DNA of 64,000 nt from Felis catus (Eukaryota): assembly GCF_018350175.1 (NCBI RefSeq), contig NC_058368.1:148244001-148308000 (forward strand), read 5' to 3'. Within the stretch, counting starts at the first letter, position 1. Every line of letters begins with the position of its first letter. The notes below the pieces were generated by a model, which was given only the letters and a program-made list of their open reading frames with translations, did not search any database and was not told the DNA's origin. Made by a program: the position numbers and the translations under genes. Shown here piece by piece: positions 53,112 through 64,000 of this stretch.

Positions 53112-54002
53112 ATGATGAAACAAAAGAATTCTCCTCAAAAGAAACTCCAGGAAATAGTGACAGCTAATGAATTGATCAAAAACGATTTAAGCAATATAAC
53201 AGAACAAGAATTTAGAATAATAGTCATAAAATTAATTGCTGGGCTTGAAAAAAAGCATAGAGGACGGCAGAGAATCTATTGCAACAGAGATCAAGGGAAT
53301 AAGAAATAGTCATGAGGAACTAAAAAAATGCTATAAATGAGGTGCAAAATCAAATGGAAGTGGCCATAGCACAGATTGAAGAGGCAGAGGAGAGAATAGA
53401 TGAATTAGAAGATAAAATTATGGAAAAAGAGAAAGCTGAGAAAAAGAGAGATTAAAAAAATCCAGGAGTTTGAGGGGAGAATTAGAGAACTAAATGATGC
53501 AATCAAATGGAACAATATCTGTATCATAGGAATTCCAGAGAAGAACAGAGAGAGAAAGGGGCTGAAGGTGTACTTGAACAAATCATAGCTGAGAACTTCC
53601 CTGATCTCGGGAAGGAAAAAGGCATTGAAATCCAGGAGGCACAGAGAATTCCCTACAGATGTAACTTGAATCGATCTTCTGCAGGACATATCATAGTGAA
53701 ACTGGCAAAATACAAGGATAAAGAGAGAATTATGAAAGCAGCTAGGGGTAAACGGACCCTAACATACAAAGGTAGACACACAAGGTAGTGGCAGACCTAT
53801 CTACTGAAACTTGGCAGGCCAGAAAGGAATGACAGGAAATCTTCAATGTGATGAACAGAAAAAATATGCAGCCAAGAATCCTTTATGCAGCAAGTCTGTC
53901 ATTCAGAATAGAAGGAGAGATAAAGGTTTCCCCAAACAAAAACTGAAGGAATTCATCACCACTAAATCAGCCCTACAAGAGATCCTAAGGGGGATTCTGT
54001 GA
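53112..54002 (+). pseudogene. L1 ORF1p remnant (frameshifted)
   Basis: MMKQKNSPQKKLQE..EQEFRIIVIKLIAGLEK; EQIIAENFPDLGKE..HIIVKLAKYKDKE; KLKEFITTKSALQEILRGIL*. Confidence 0.92.
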
Positions 54003-54070
54003 GTGAAATGTTACAAGGACCACAAAGTACCAGAGACATCACTACAAGCATGAAACCTACAGACATCACA

Positions 54071-57000
54071 ATGACTCTAAACCCATATCTTTCAATAATA
54101 ACATTGAATGTAAATGGACTAAATGCTCCAACCAAAAGACATAGGGTATCAGAATAGATAAAAAAAAAACACACATAAAAAACAGACCCATCTATTTGCT
54201 GCCTATAAGAGACTCATTTTAGATGTGAGGACACCTTCAGATTGAAAGTGAGGGGATGGAGAACTATCTATCATGCTACTGGAAGTCAAAAGAAAGCTGG
54301 AGTAGCCATACTTATATCAGACAAACTAGACTTTAAATTAAAGGCTGTAACAAGAGATGAATAAGGGAATTATATAATAATTACAGGGTCTATCCATTAG
54401 GAAGAACTAACAATTATAAATGTCTATTCACTGAATTCAGAGGCCCAAATATATAAAACAATTACTCACAAACATAAGCAATCTTATTGACAAGAATGTG
54501 GTAATTGCAGGGGACTTTAATACTCCACTTACAACAATGGATAGAACATCTAGACACACAGTCAATTAAGAAACAAGGGCCCTGAATGATACATTGGATC
54601 AGATGGACTTGACAGATATATTTAGAACTCTGCATCCCAAAGGAACAGGATATACTTTCCTCTTGAGTGCACATAGAACATTCTCCAAAATAGATCATAT
54701 ACTGGGTCACAAAACAGCCCCTCATAAGTATACAAGAATTGAGATCATACCACACATACTTTCAGACCACAATGCTATGAAGCTTGAAATCAACCACAGG
54801 AAAAAGTCTGGAAAAACCTCCAAAAGCATGGAGATTAAAGAGCACCCTACTAAAGAATGAATGGGTCAACCAGGCAATTAGAGAAGAAATTAAAAAATAT
54901 ATGGAAACAAATGAAAATGAAAATACAACAATCCAAACGCTTTGGGATGCAGTGAAGGCAGTCCTGAGAGGAAAATACATTGCAATCCAGGCTTATCTCA
55001 AGAAACAAGAAAAATCCCAAATACAAAATCTAACAGCACACCTAAAGGAAATAGAAGCAGAACAGCAAAGACAGCCTAAACCCAGCAGAAGAAGAGAAAT
55101 AATAAAGATCAGAGCAGAAATAAACAATATAGAATCTAAAAACACTGTAGAGCAGATCAATGAAACCAAGAGTTGGTTTTTTTGAAAAAATAAACAAAAT
55201 TGATAAACCTCTAGCCAGGCTTCTCAAAAAGAAAAGGGAGATGACCCAAATAGATAAAATCATGAATGAAAATGGAATTATTACAACCAATCCCTCAGAG
55301 ATACAAGCAATTATCAGGGAATACTATGAAAAATTATATGCCAACAAACTGGACAACCTGGAAGAAATGGACAAATTCCTAAACACCCACACGCTTCCAA
55401 AACTCAATCAGGAGGAAATAGAAAGCTTGAACAGACCCATAACCAGCAAAGAAATTGAATCAGTTACCAAAAATCTCCCAACAAATAAGAGTCCAGAACT
55501 CCCTTGGGAATTCTACCAGACATGTAAAGCAGAGATAATACCTATCCTTCTCAGGCTGTTCCAAAAAATAGAAAGGGAAGGAAAACTTCCAGACTCATTC
55601 TATGAAGCCAGCATTACTTTGATTCCTAAACCAAATAGAGACCCAGTAAAAAAAGAGAACTACAGGCCAATATCTCTGATGAATATGGATGCAAAAATTC
55701 TCAACAAGACACTAGCAAATCGAATTCAACAGCGTATAAAAATAATTATTCACCATGATCAAGTGGGATTCATTCCTGGGATGCAGGGCTGGTTCCACAT
55801 TCGCAAATCAATCAACGTGATACATCACATTAATAAAAGAAAAGATAAGAACCATATGATCCTGTTAACTGATGCAGAAAAAGCATTTGACAAAATTCAG
55901 CATCGCTTCTTCATAAAAATCCTCAAGAAAGTCAGGATAGAAAGAACATACTTAAACATCATAAAAGCCATTTATGAAAAGCCCACAGATAATACCATCC
56001 TCAATAGGGAAAGACTGAGAGTTTTCCCCCTGAGTTCAGGAACACAACAGGGATGTCCACTCTCACCGCTGTTGTTTAACATAGTGTTGGAAGTGCTAGC
56101 ATCAGCAATCAGACAACAAAAGGAAATCAAAGGCATCAAAATTGGCAAAGATGAAGTTAACCTTTCACTTTTTGCAGATGACATGATATTATACATGGAA
56201 AACCCAACAGACCCAACCAAAAGTCTGCTAGAACTGGTACATGAATTCAGCAAAGTTGCAGGATACAAAATCAATGTACAGAAATCAGTTGCATTCTTAT
56301 ACACTAACAATGAAGCAACAGAAAGACAAAGAAACTGATCCCATTCACAATTGCACCAAGAATCATAAAATACCTAGGAATACACCTAACCAAAGACGTA
56401 AAAGATCTGTATGCTGAAAACTATAGAAAGCTTATGAAGGAAATTGAAGAAGATACAAAGAAATGGGAAAACATTCTGTGCTCATGGATTGGAAGAATAA
56501 ATATTGTTAAAATGTCAATACTACCCAAAGCTATCTACACATTCAATGCAATCCCAATCAAAATTGCACCAGCATTCTTCTTGAAGCTAGAACAAACAAT
56601 CCTAAAATTTGTGTGGAACCACAAAAGACCCCAAATAGACAAAGTAATATGGAAGAAGAAGACCAAAGTGGGAGGCATCACAATCCCAGACTTTAGCTTC
56701 TACTACATAGTTGTAATCATCAGATGGCATGGTATTGGCACAAAAATAGACACATAGACCAATGGAATAGAGACTCCAGAATTGGACCCACAAAATACGG
56801 CCAACTAATCTTTGACAAAGCAGGAAAGACTGCCCAATGGAAAAAAGACAGTCTCTTTAACAAATGGTGCCGGGAGAACTGGACAGCAACATGCAGAAGA
56901 ATGAAACCAGACCACTTTCTTACATCATTCACAAAAATAAACTCAAAATGGATAAAGGACTTGAATGTGAGACAGGAAACCACCAAAACTCTAGAAGATA

Positions 57001-57850
57001 AAGCAGGAAACAACCTCTCTGACCTCAGCCACAGCAATTTCTTACTCCACACATCCCCAAGGGCAAGGGAATTAAAAGCAAAAATGAACTATTGGGACTT
57101 CATGAAGATAAAAAGCTTCTGCACAGAAAAGGAAACAATCAACAAAACTAAAGGCAACCAACGAAATAGGAAAAGATATTTGCAAGTGACATATTGGACA
57201 AAGGGCTAGTATCTAAAATCAATAAAGAACTCACCAAACTCCACACCCTAAAAACAAATAATCCAGTGAATAAATGGGCAGAAAACATGAATAGAAACTT
57301 TTCTAAAGAAGACATCCAGATGGCCAACATGCACATGAAAAGATGCTCAATGTCCCTTCTCATCAGGAAAATACAAATCAAAACCACACTGAGATACCAC
57401 CTCATGCCGGTTGGAGTGGCTAAAATGAACGAATCAGGAGACTACAGATGCTGGAGAGGATGTGGAGAAACGGGAACCCTCTTGCACTGTTGGTGGGAAT
57501 GAAACTGGTGCAGCTACTCTGGAAAACAGTGTGGAGCTTCCTCAAGAAATTAAAAATAGGTCTACTCTATGACCCAGCAATAGCACTGCTAGGAATTTAC
57601 CCAAGAGATACAGGAGTACCAATGCATAGGGGCACTTGTACCCCACTGTTTATAGCAGCACTTTCAATAAGCCAAATTATGGAAAGAGCCTAAATATCCA
57701 TCAACTGATGAATGGATAAAGAAACTGTGGTTTATATACACAATGGAATACTATGTGGCAATGAGAAAAAATGAAATATGGCCTTTTGTAGCAATGTGGA
57801 TGGAAATGGAGAGTGTTATGCTAAGTGAAATAAGTCATACAGAGAAAGAT
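54071..57850 (+). pseudogene. L1 ORF2p remnant; longest intact piece 55160-56338 (392 aa) covers the RT core
   Basis: [62 protein letters not shown]; several stops and frameshifts elsewhere. Confidence 0.95.
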
Positions 57851-58646
57851 AGGTACCATATGTTTTCACTCTTAAGTGGATACTAAGAAACTTAACAGAA
57901 AACAATGGGGGAGGAGAAGGGGAAAAAAAGTTAGAGAGGGAGAGTGCCAAACCATAAGAGACTCTTAAAAACTGAGAATAAACTGAGGGTTGATGGGGAG
58001 TGGGAGGGAGGGGATGGTGGGTGAGGGGTACTGAGGAGGGCACCTGTTGGGAGGAGCACTGGGTGTTGTATGGAAAGCAATTGGAATGAAATAAATTTCA
58101 TATTAAAAAAAGAAAAAAAAATTAACAGTTTGCCATGCTAAAAAATAAAAATAAAAGAAATAAAGCAACTGGCCATGTAGACATTGGTTAAAAACTTTCG
58201 ACAAGAGAAAATCTCCAGGCAAAATGATTTTACTGACAAAATCTCTGACAGGGCATTACTTACACATAGATTTACAATCTTCTCACAGACTCACTGTAAC
58301 CTGCAAAGAGATATTTCTTATCCCTTAATCTTTTCTTGTATGTTCTTAAATTCCAATTTAAATTTATCTTTGTAAATTTTAGAAATTTTATTTTAGCTTT
58401 GCATAATTAATTACTGACAAAAATACCATTTAGCATAGCTAGTGTCCTCCTGACAAGATGAAGGTTTGAAGTTTTCACAGCACTCAATTTGGATATAACT
58501 TAAATGAAGGTGCTTTTCATTAAAGCATTATTTACATATTTGATTGAACATGTGATTAATGTCTTTTATTATAGGGAGGGACTGGCTTTGGTAGAAGCAA
58601 GTTAATTGAATAAAAGTGACTACTCAAACACAGCATTGGAAATGCA

Positions 58647-58916
58647 TATGTTTTCACTCTTATGTGGATCCTGAGAAACTTAACAGAAACCCATGGGGGA
58701 GGGGAAGGAAAAAAAAAAAAAAAAAGAGGGTAGAGTGGGAAAGACCCAAAGCATAAGAGACTCTTAAAAACTGAGAACAAACTGAGGGTTTAAGGGGGGG
58801 GTGTTGGGAGGGAGGGGAGGGTAGGTGATGGGTATTGAAGAGGGCATCTTTTGGGATGAGCACTGGGTGTTGTATGGAAACCAATTTCACAATAAATTTC
58901 ATATATTAAAAAATAA
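58647..58916 (+). mobile_element. Severely 5'-truncated young L1 (3'UTR only)
   Basis: Same 3'UTR type as 18910-19155 and 57860-58105; TSD GGAAATGCA at 58638 and 58917. Confidence 0.95.
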
Positions 58917-59661
58917 GGAAATGCAGTTGGCTAAGAAAAAATGAACACATAACACAATTGTGGGATGCTTTAAAACTAATGTTTAGAGGAAATTGGTAAC
59001 TTTGAATGTTTACATTAGAAATAAAGAAGAGTATAAAATCATTTTTCTAAGCTTAAACTTTAGCAAGTTACTAGGAATTCCTTAAGAAGCCTTCTTAGAA
59101 AGACCAAACACATCTCGCATTATAGCTCATTAAAGCAGGAAAAAAAAAATCACAAAGCCACACCTAGCTGCAAGGCAGGCTAGAGAATTAATACTTTAAA
59201 CCCAAAGTATGCCTACACTGATTATAGTTGAGATCCCTTGTGAAAAAAGAGAATGGATGTCGGTTAGCAATTTGCAGTCTCTGCCACACAACTGAATACA
59301 GAGATAACACCTAAGGGTCTACGAGTATCCCATTAAGTGACCCTTTCCACAGACATTACATTTTTCTAGAAAGAAATAACATTAAAAAACTGAAACTACA
59401 GCATTCTTTGAGGAATGAGTTAGGCCAATCTACAGTCTGAATAAAATGTGAAGGAAAGTAGAATAGGATAATTCTATTTGGTCTTGGTTAAAAATAACTC
59501 ATTTAATCCACAAATATATGGAAAAATTAACCATATGACAAACACTAGTCACATATTGAGAATACAGAGATAAATAAGACAAACATCTCTACTTATAAGG
59601 AACTTATATTCTGAGGAAAAGGCATAAACTAAAGAAAGAAAAAGGAAAAGGAAAAGATATG

Positions 59662-59752
59662 AAATAAAATAAAATAGAATAAAATAATAAAATAAAATAA
59701 AATAAAATAAAATAAAATAAAATAAAATAAAATAATAAAATAAAATAAAATA
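59662..59752. repeat. (TAAAA)n pentanucleotide repeat within an old L2-like segment
   Basis: Direct run. Confidence 0.93.
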
Positions 59753-59889
59753 TCCTGTGTAAGTACCAGGAAGAAAATAAAACAGCGTGGGACAGACTAG
59801 TGGGAGAGGCTACTTTATAATGGATGTTTAAGACAATCTTTCTGAGAAGTTGGCATTTGAGTTGAGAATGGGATTAATGACAGTAATTA

Positions 59890-60099
59890 TATTTTTTATT
59901 TATGTATTTTGAGAGAGAGAGCACAGATGTGCATGCATGTGTGCAGGTGAGGGGCAGAGAAAGGGGGAGGATCCCAAGCAAGATCCACACAGTAAGCAGG
60001 GAGCCTGTTTCGGGAACTCAATCTCATGAACCCTGAGATCATGATCGGAGCTGAAATCAAGAGACAGATGCTTAACTGACTGAGCCATCCACGAACCCC
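59890..60099 (-). mobile_element. CAN-SINE
   Basis: GAGATCATGATCGGAGCTGAAATCAAGAGACAGATGCTTAACTGACTGAGCCATCC head. Confidence 0.92.
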
Positions 60100-60114
60100 A
60101 GGGAATATTACTGG

Positions 60115-60470
60115 CCAAAATAAAAAAGAGAAGAAAATCCTGCCATATGTGACAACATGAATGGACCTTGAGGAAATTACGCTAAGTGACATAAGTCAGA
60201 GACAACCATTGTATGATCTCACATATACGTGGAATCTAAACAAATAAATAAACTCTTAGAAAAATAGATCAGATTTGGGGTTACCAGAGGCAAGAGTTGA
60301 GGGGTTGAGGAAATTGGATATAGGGACTCAAAAGATTTCTAGTTACAAGGTAAATAAATGCTGGTGGTGTAATATATACATGAGGGCTATAGTCAGCACT
60401 GCTCTGTGGTATATTTGTAAGTCACTAAGAGAGTAGATCCTAAAAGTTCTCATCATAAAGGGAATAATAG
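60115..60470 (+). mobile_element. Old L1 (L1MA-like) 3' end
   Basis: AAATCCTGCCATATGTGACAACATG..GCTAAGTGACATAAGTCAG..GAGAGTAGATCCTAAAAGTTCTCATCA. Confidence 0.8.
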
Positions 60471-60491
60471 GTTTTCAGTAAATATAACTAA

Positions 60492-62815
60492 TATTGTGGT
60501 TAAAAACATATAACATGAAATTTACCACCTTAACCATGTTTAAATATACAGTTCATTAGTGTTGAATATATTCATACTCTTTTGCAACAGATTCTGGAAG
60601 TTTTAATCCTGGAAAACTGAAACTTTATACCCATTAAACACTAATTTCCCTTCCCTTCCCTACCCTCTAGCCCTTGGCAATCACCTTTTAACTTTCAGTT
60701 TAAAAGATTCTTGCTACTTTAGATACTTTGTGTTAGTGGAATCATACCATATTTGTTCTTTTGTGACTGGCTTATTTAATTCAGCAAAATATCTTCCAGT
60801 TCTTTCATGTTGTAGCTTTTGACAGCAATTCCTTACTTACTAAAGCTTCATAGTAGTCTGTGATATGTATATGTCACGTTCACTTTATCCATTCATCTGT
60901 CAATGGACATTTAGGTTATTTCCTTATCTTGACTATTTTCATTAATGCTGCAATGACTGAGTAAGCACAGATAGCTCTTTGAGATCTTGATTTCAATTAC
61001 CTGGATATATACTGAGAAGTAGGAGTGTTGAATTATACAGTAGTTCTATTGTAGAAATCGCCACACTCTTTTTCATGATGGCTACAACATTTTAAATTCC
61101 CATCAATAATATAAAAACATTCCAATTTTTCTACATACTCACCAACACTTGTTATTTTTTTCTCTTTTGATAGTGGCCATCCAAATGCAGTTATGTGATA
61201 CCTCGTGGTTTTCATTTGTATATCTCTTACAACTAATGATGTTGAGTAACTTTTCATATATTCTTGTATATATTCTTTGGCTACTCATAAACATATTATT
61301 TGGAGGATTGTCTGTTCCAGCCCTTGCCCATTTCTTCATTTGGTTATTTGTTTTTGAGTTGTATGAGTTCATTATATATTCTAGTATTAACACCTTATCA
61401 GATACACGATTTGGAATTATTTCTCCCTATATGGTAGGTTATCTTTTCAGTTTGTTGCTTGTTTCTTTCTCAGTACACAATAGTTTTTAAGTTTGAGGTA
61501 CCCCCATTTGTCTACTTTTGCTTTTGTGGCCTTAGTTTTTGGGGTCATAGTCAATAAAACATTACCAATCTAATATCATGGAGTTTTCCCCCATATTTTC
61601 TTGTAGAAATCTTATAATTTTGGTCTTATGCTTGTCTTTAATCTGTTTTGAGTTGTTTTTTGTATATGGTAGAAAGTAAAAGTCCAATTTCATTCTTTTG
61701 CTTATGGGTATGTAGTTTTCCCATCACCATTTGCTGAAGAAACTGTCCTTTCCCCATTAGGTAGTGTTGACCCCCTTGCAAAAATCATTTGACCACATCT
61801 GCAAGAGTGTATTTCTGGGCTCTCTGTTCCATTGATTTACGTGTCCATTTTTATGACAGTTCTATACCATCTTGATTCTTGTTGCTTAGTAGTATGTTTT
61901 GAAGTCAAAAAGTGTGAGGCCTCCAACTTCGTTCTTCTTTTTCAAGATTATTTCAGATGTAGATTTTATATATCTATATATATTTATAGATATTTATATA
62001 TCTATAAAAATATTTACATTTTATATATCTATATATATTTTATATATAAGATTATATATGTAGATTTTAGGGGGAATTTTTCTATTTCTGAAAAAAATAC
62101 ACTGAAGTTTTGATAGAGATTGCATTAAATTTGTAGATCACATTGGATAGTATGGACAATTAAATAATACTGAGTTCCAATCCATGAACGTAGGATTTTT
62201 ACATTTATTTGCATCTCCTTTGATTTCTTTTAGCAATGATTTGCAGTTTTCAGTGTTACACATCTTGTGCCCCTTGATTAAGTTTATTTTTAGTATTTTA
62301 TTATTTTTGATGATACTGTAAATAAAATTGCTTTCTTAATATCTTCTTCAGACCAGTCATTACTAATGTATAGACTCAGAACTGATTTTAACAGTTGTTA
62401 CAGAATCTTTGCGTTTGTATACATAAGATTTTGTCTTCTTCATGATCATTTATTTCTTTCCAATTTAGACTTTTTTTCTCGGTATAATTGCTTTGGTTGT
62501 CTCCTGAAGTGTTGTGTTCAACAGAAGTGGTGAGAGTAGAGATCCTTATTTATTAACTAAACTGATAACTAAACTCCTGCTTCTGATCTTAGAGGAAAAT
62601 AATTCAGTACTTTGCCATTGAATCTAATGATTTATGAGTTTTTCATTTATGGCTTTTATTATTTTGAGATAGTTCCCTTTTATCTCTAGTTTGTTGAGAG
62701 TTTTTTTATCATTAAAAATGTTGAATTTTGTCAAACAATGTCAATTTGTTCTTCATTCTGTTAACATGGTGTATTACATTGATTTATTTTTATAGGTGAA
62801 ATCATCTGTGCATTC
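60492..62815 (-). mobile_element. Old L1 (L1MA/L1MB-like), about 2.3 kb of 3'UTR and ORF2
   Basis: AACATGAAATTTACCACCTTAACC 3' end; ORF 61033-61257(-) YSTSLVVRDIQMKTTRYH; CAGAAGTGGTGAGAG..GATCTTAGAGGAAA RT region. Confidence 0.88.
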
Positions 62816-62985
62816 CAGATTAAAGTAAATGTTTTAATAACATGTTTAAAGAGGATCTTTTACCACTGTAATAATGTGATTTTCTTAATTGCAACTGTAT
62901 ATAAGTCTTAGTCTAAATCCTGCTTCTGATGGAACAGCTTATGTCTGACTTCAGCTATATTCTGATGACTAAGAAATCGTTGAAC

Positions 62986-63017
62986 GTGTGTGTGTGTGTG
63001 TTTGTGTGTGTGTGTTG
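62986..63017. repeat. (TG)n microsatellite
   Basis: Direct run. Confidence 0.9.
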
Positions 63018-63289
63018 TGCAATAAATGAGAACAAATACAAAATACTAGTTGAAAAGGTAAACTCTCAAACCATACTCTATGAGTTAAAATTTTAACTCT
63101 TCTAAGAAGCTTACTAGTTTTTTGAGGTTGGACAGATTAGTTAGTATGTTTGTACCTCAGTTACCTGAACTATAAAATGTAAACATCAACAATAAGTGTC
63201 TCATATAGCCAACAACAAGGATACATGTAATTCTGGAATTGGCTATTGCATGCAATTTCATTGCTGAAATTAGTGTTAATTTTTAAAAT

Positions 63290-63955
63290 AAATGTTTTTA
63301 TTTTAGAATAGTTTTATATTTATAGCATAATTATGATGACAGTACAAAGAATCCCCACACTCTCCACATCTAGCTTTCCCTATTATTAGAATCCTGTATT
63401 ATTAGTATGGTACATTTGTCACAACTTAATGAACTAATTAATTAATACTGATACATTTTTTAAATTAAAATCCAATATTTTTACTTTTTCTATCCCATAA
63501 ATCTTAGTTTTACTCAATGTCCACATTCTTTTTCAAGATCCCATCAGGTTACCACATTATATTTAGTCATCAGGTTTCCTTAGGCTACTCTTGACTGTGA
63601 CAGTTTCTTAACTTCCATTGTTTTTTACCATCTTGACTGCTTTGAGAAATACTGGTGAGGTATTTTTTCTATAGCCCTCAATTTGAAATTGTCTGGTATT
63701 TTTTTCTCATGATTAGCCTGGAGTTAGGGGTTTTCAGGAGGAAGACCATAGAGTTAAAGTGCTATTTTCATTATATCATATGAAGGGTACATACATACTT
63801 TCAGGACGACTTATCACTGTTGACATTAACCCTGTTTCCTGTCTGGGTGGCATTTGTCAGATTTCTCCACAGTGAAGTTACTATTTCTCCCCCTTTTTCT
63901 ATGCTACCCAGTTTGGAAGAAAGTCACTCTGTGCCACAGCCCACACTTAAGATAT
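63290..63955 (-). mobile_element. Old L1 (L1MC/L1MD-like) 3'UTR
   Basis: TTTTAGAATAGTTTTA..GTATGGTACATTTGTCACAA..ATCCCATCAGGTTACCACATT..CAGATTTCTCCACAGTGAAGTTACT; inverse relative of 29385-30220. Confidence 0.82.
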
Positions 63956-64000
63956 TTATGTTTCTATCTAATATTCTTTTAAAAGTTTCATTTATTCTGC

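Larger units (their letters stand above)
52172..58160 (+). mobile_element. Full-length LINE-1 (about 6.0 kb), short-5'UTR lineage, inactive
   Basis: GGAAGATGGCAG start; ~0.9-kb GC-rich 5'UTR; ORF1/ORF2 remnants; perfect 16-bp TSD TAAAGCAACTGGCCAT at 52156-52171 and 58161-58176. Confidence 0.98.

Noticed and set aside
55160..56338. 392-aa ORF with reverse transcriptase motifs as a novel RT system or active gene
   Set aside because: It is an ordinary LINE-1 ORF2 fragment. It is flanked by frameshifts and has lost the GPDGF motif ([10 protein letters not shown]), so the element is non-functional.
60115..60900. Large inverted repeat from tail-to-tail L1 3' ends
   Set aside because: Different old subfamilies with low mutual identity; incidental adjacency.

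Overview
AT-rich mammalian genomic DNA, almost certainly from a cat-family (felid) carnivore, judged from the young felid-type CAN-SINE subfamily. The window is intronic or intergenic and dominated by transposable elements. It holds two full-length but mutated LINE-1s from two lineages with unrelated 5'UTRs (38024-45320 and 52172-58160), several truncated L1s and 19 tRNA-derived CAN-SINEs. Older repeats include MLT1, MLT2, LTR16, LTR33, a MER67-like LTR, MER53, MIR, L2 and L1M fragments, plus many microsatellites. All long ORFs in the track are L1 remnants or repeat artefacts. No host protein-coding gene could be identified with confidence, and I found no evidence of a new biological system. 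The best-supported oddities are a short 3' transduction on one full-length L1, a ~217-bp tandem array in the other L1's 5'UTR, a candidate gene-conversion patch between two L1s, and a + strand bias of young L1s that hints at a - strand host gene. Repeat subfamily names come from recalled consensus similarity, not from a search, and old-repeat boundaries are approximate.
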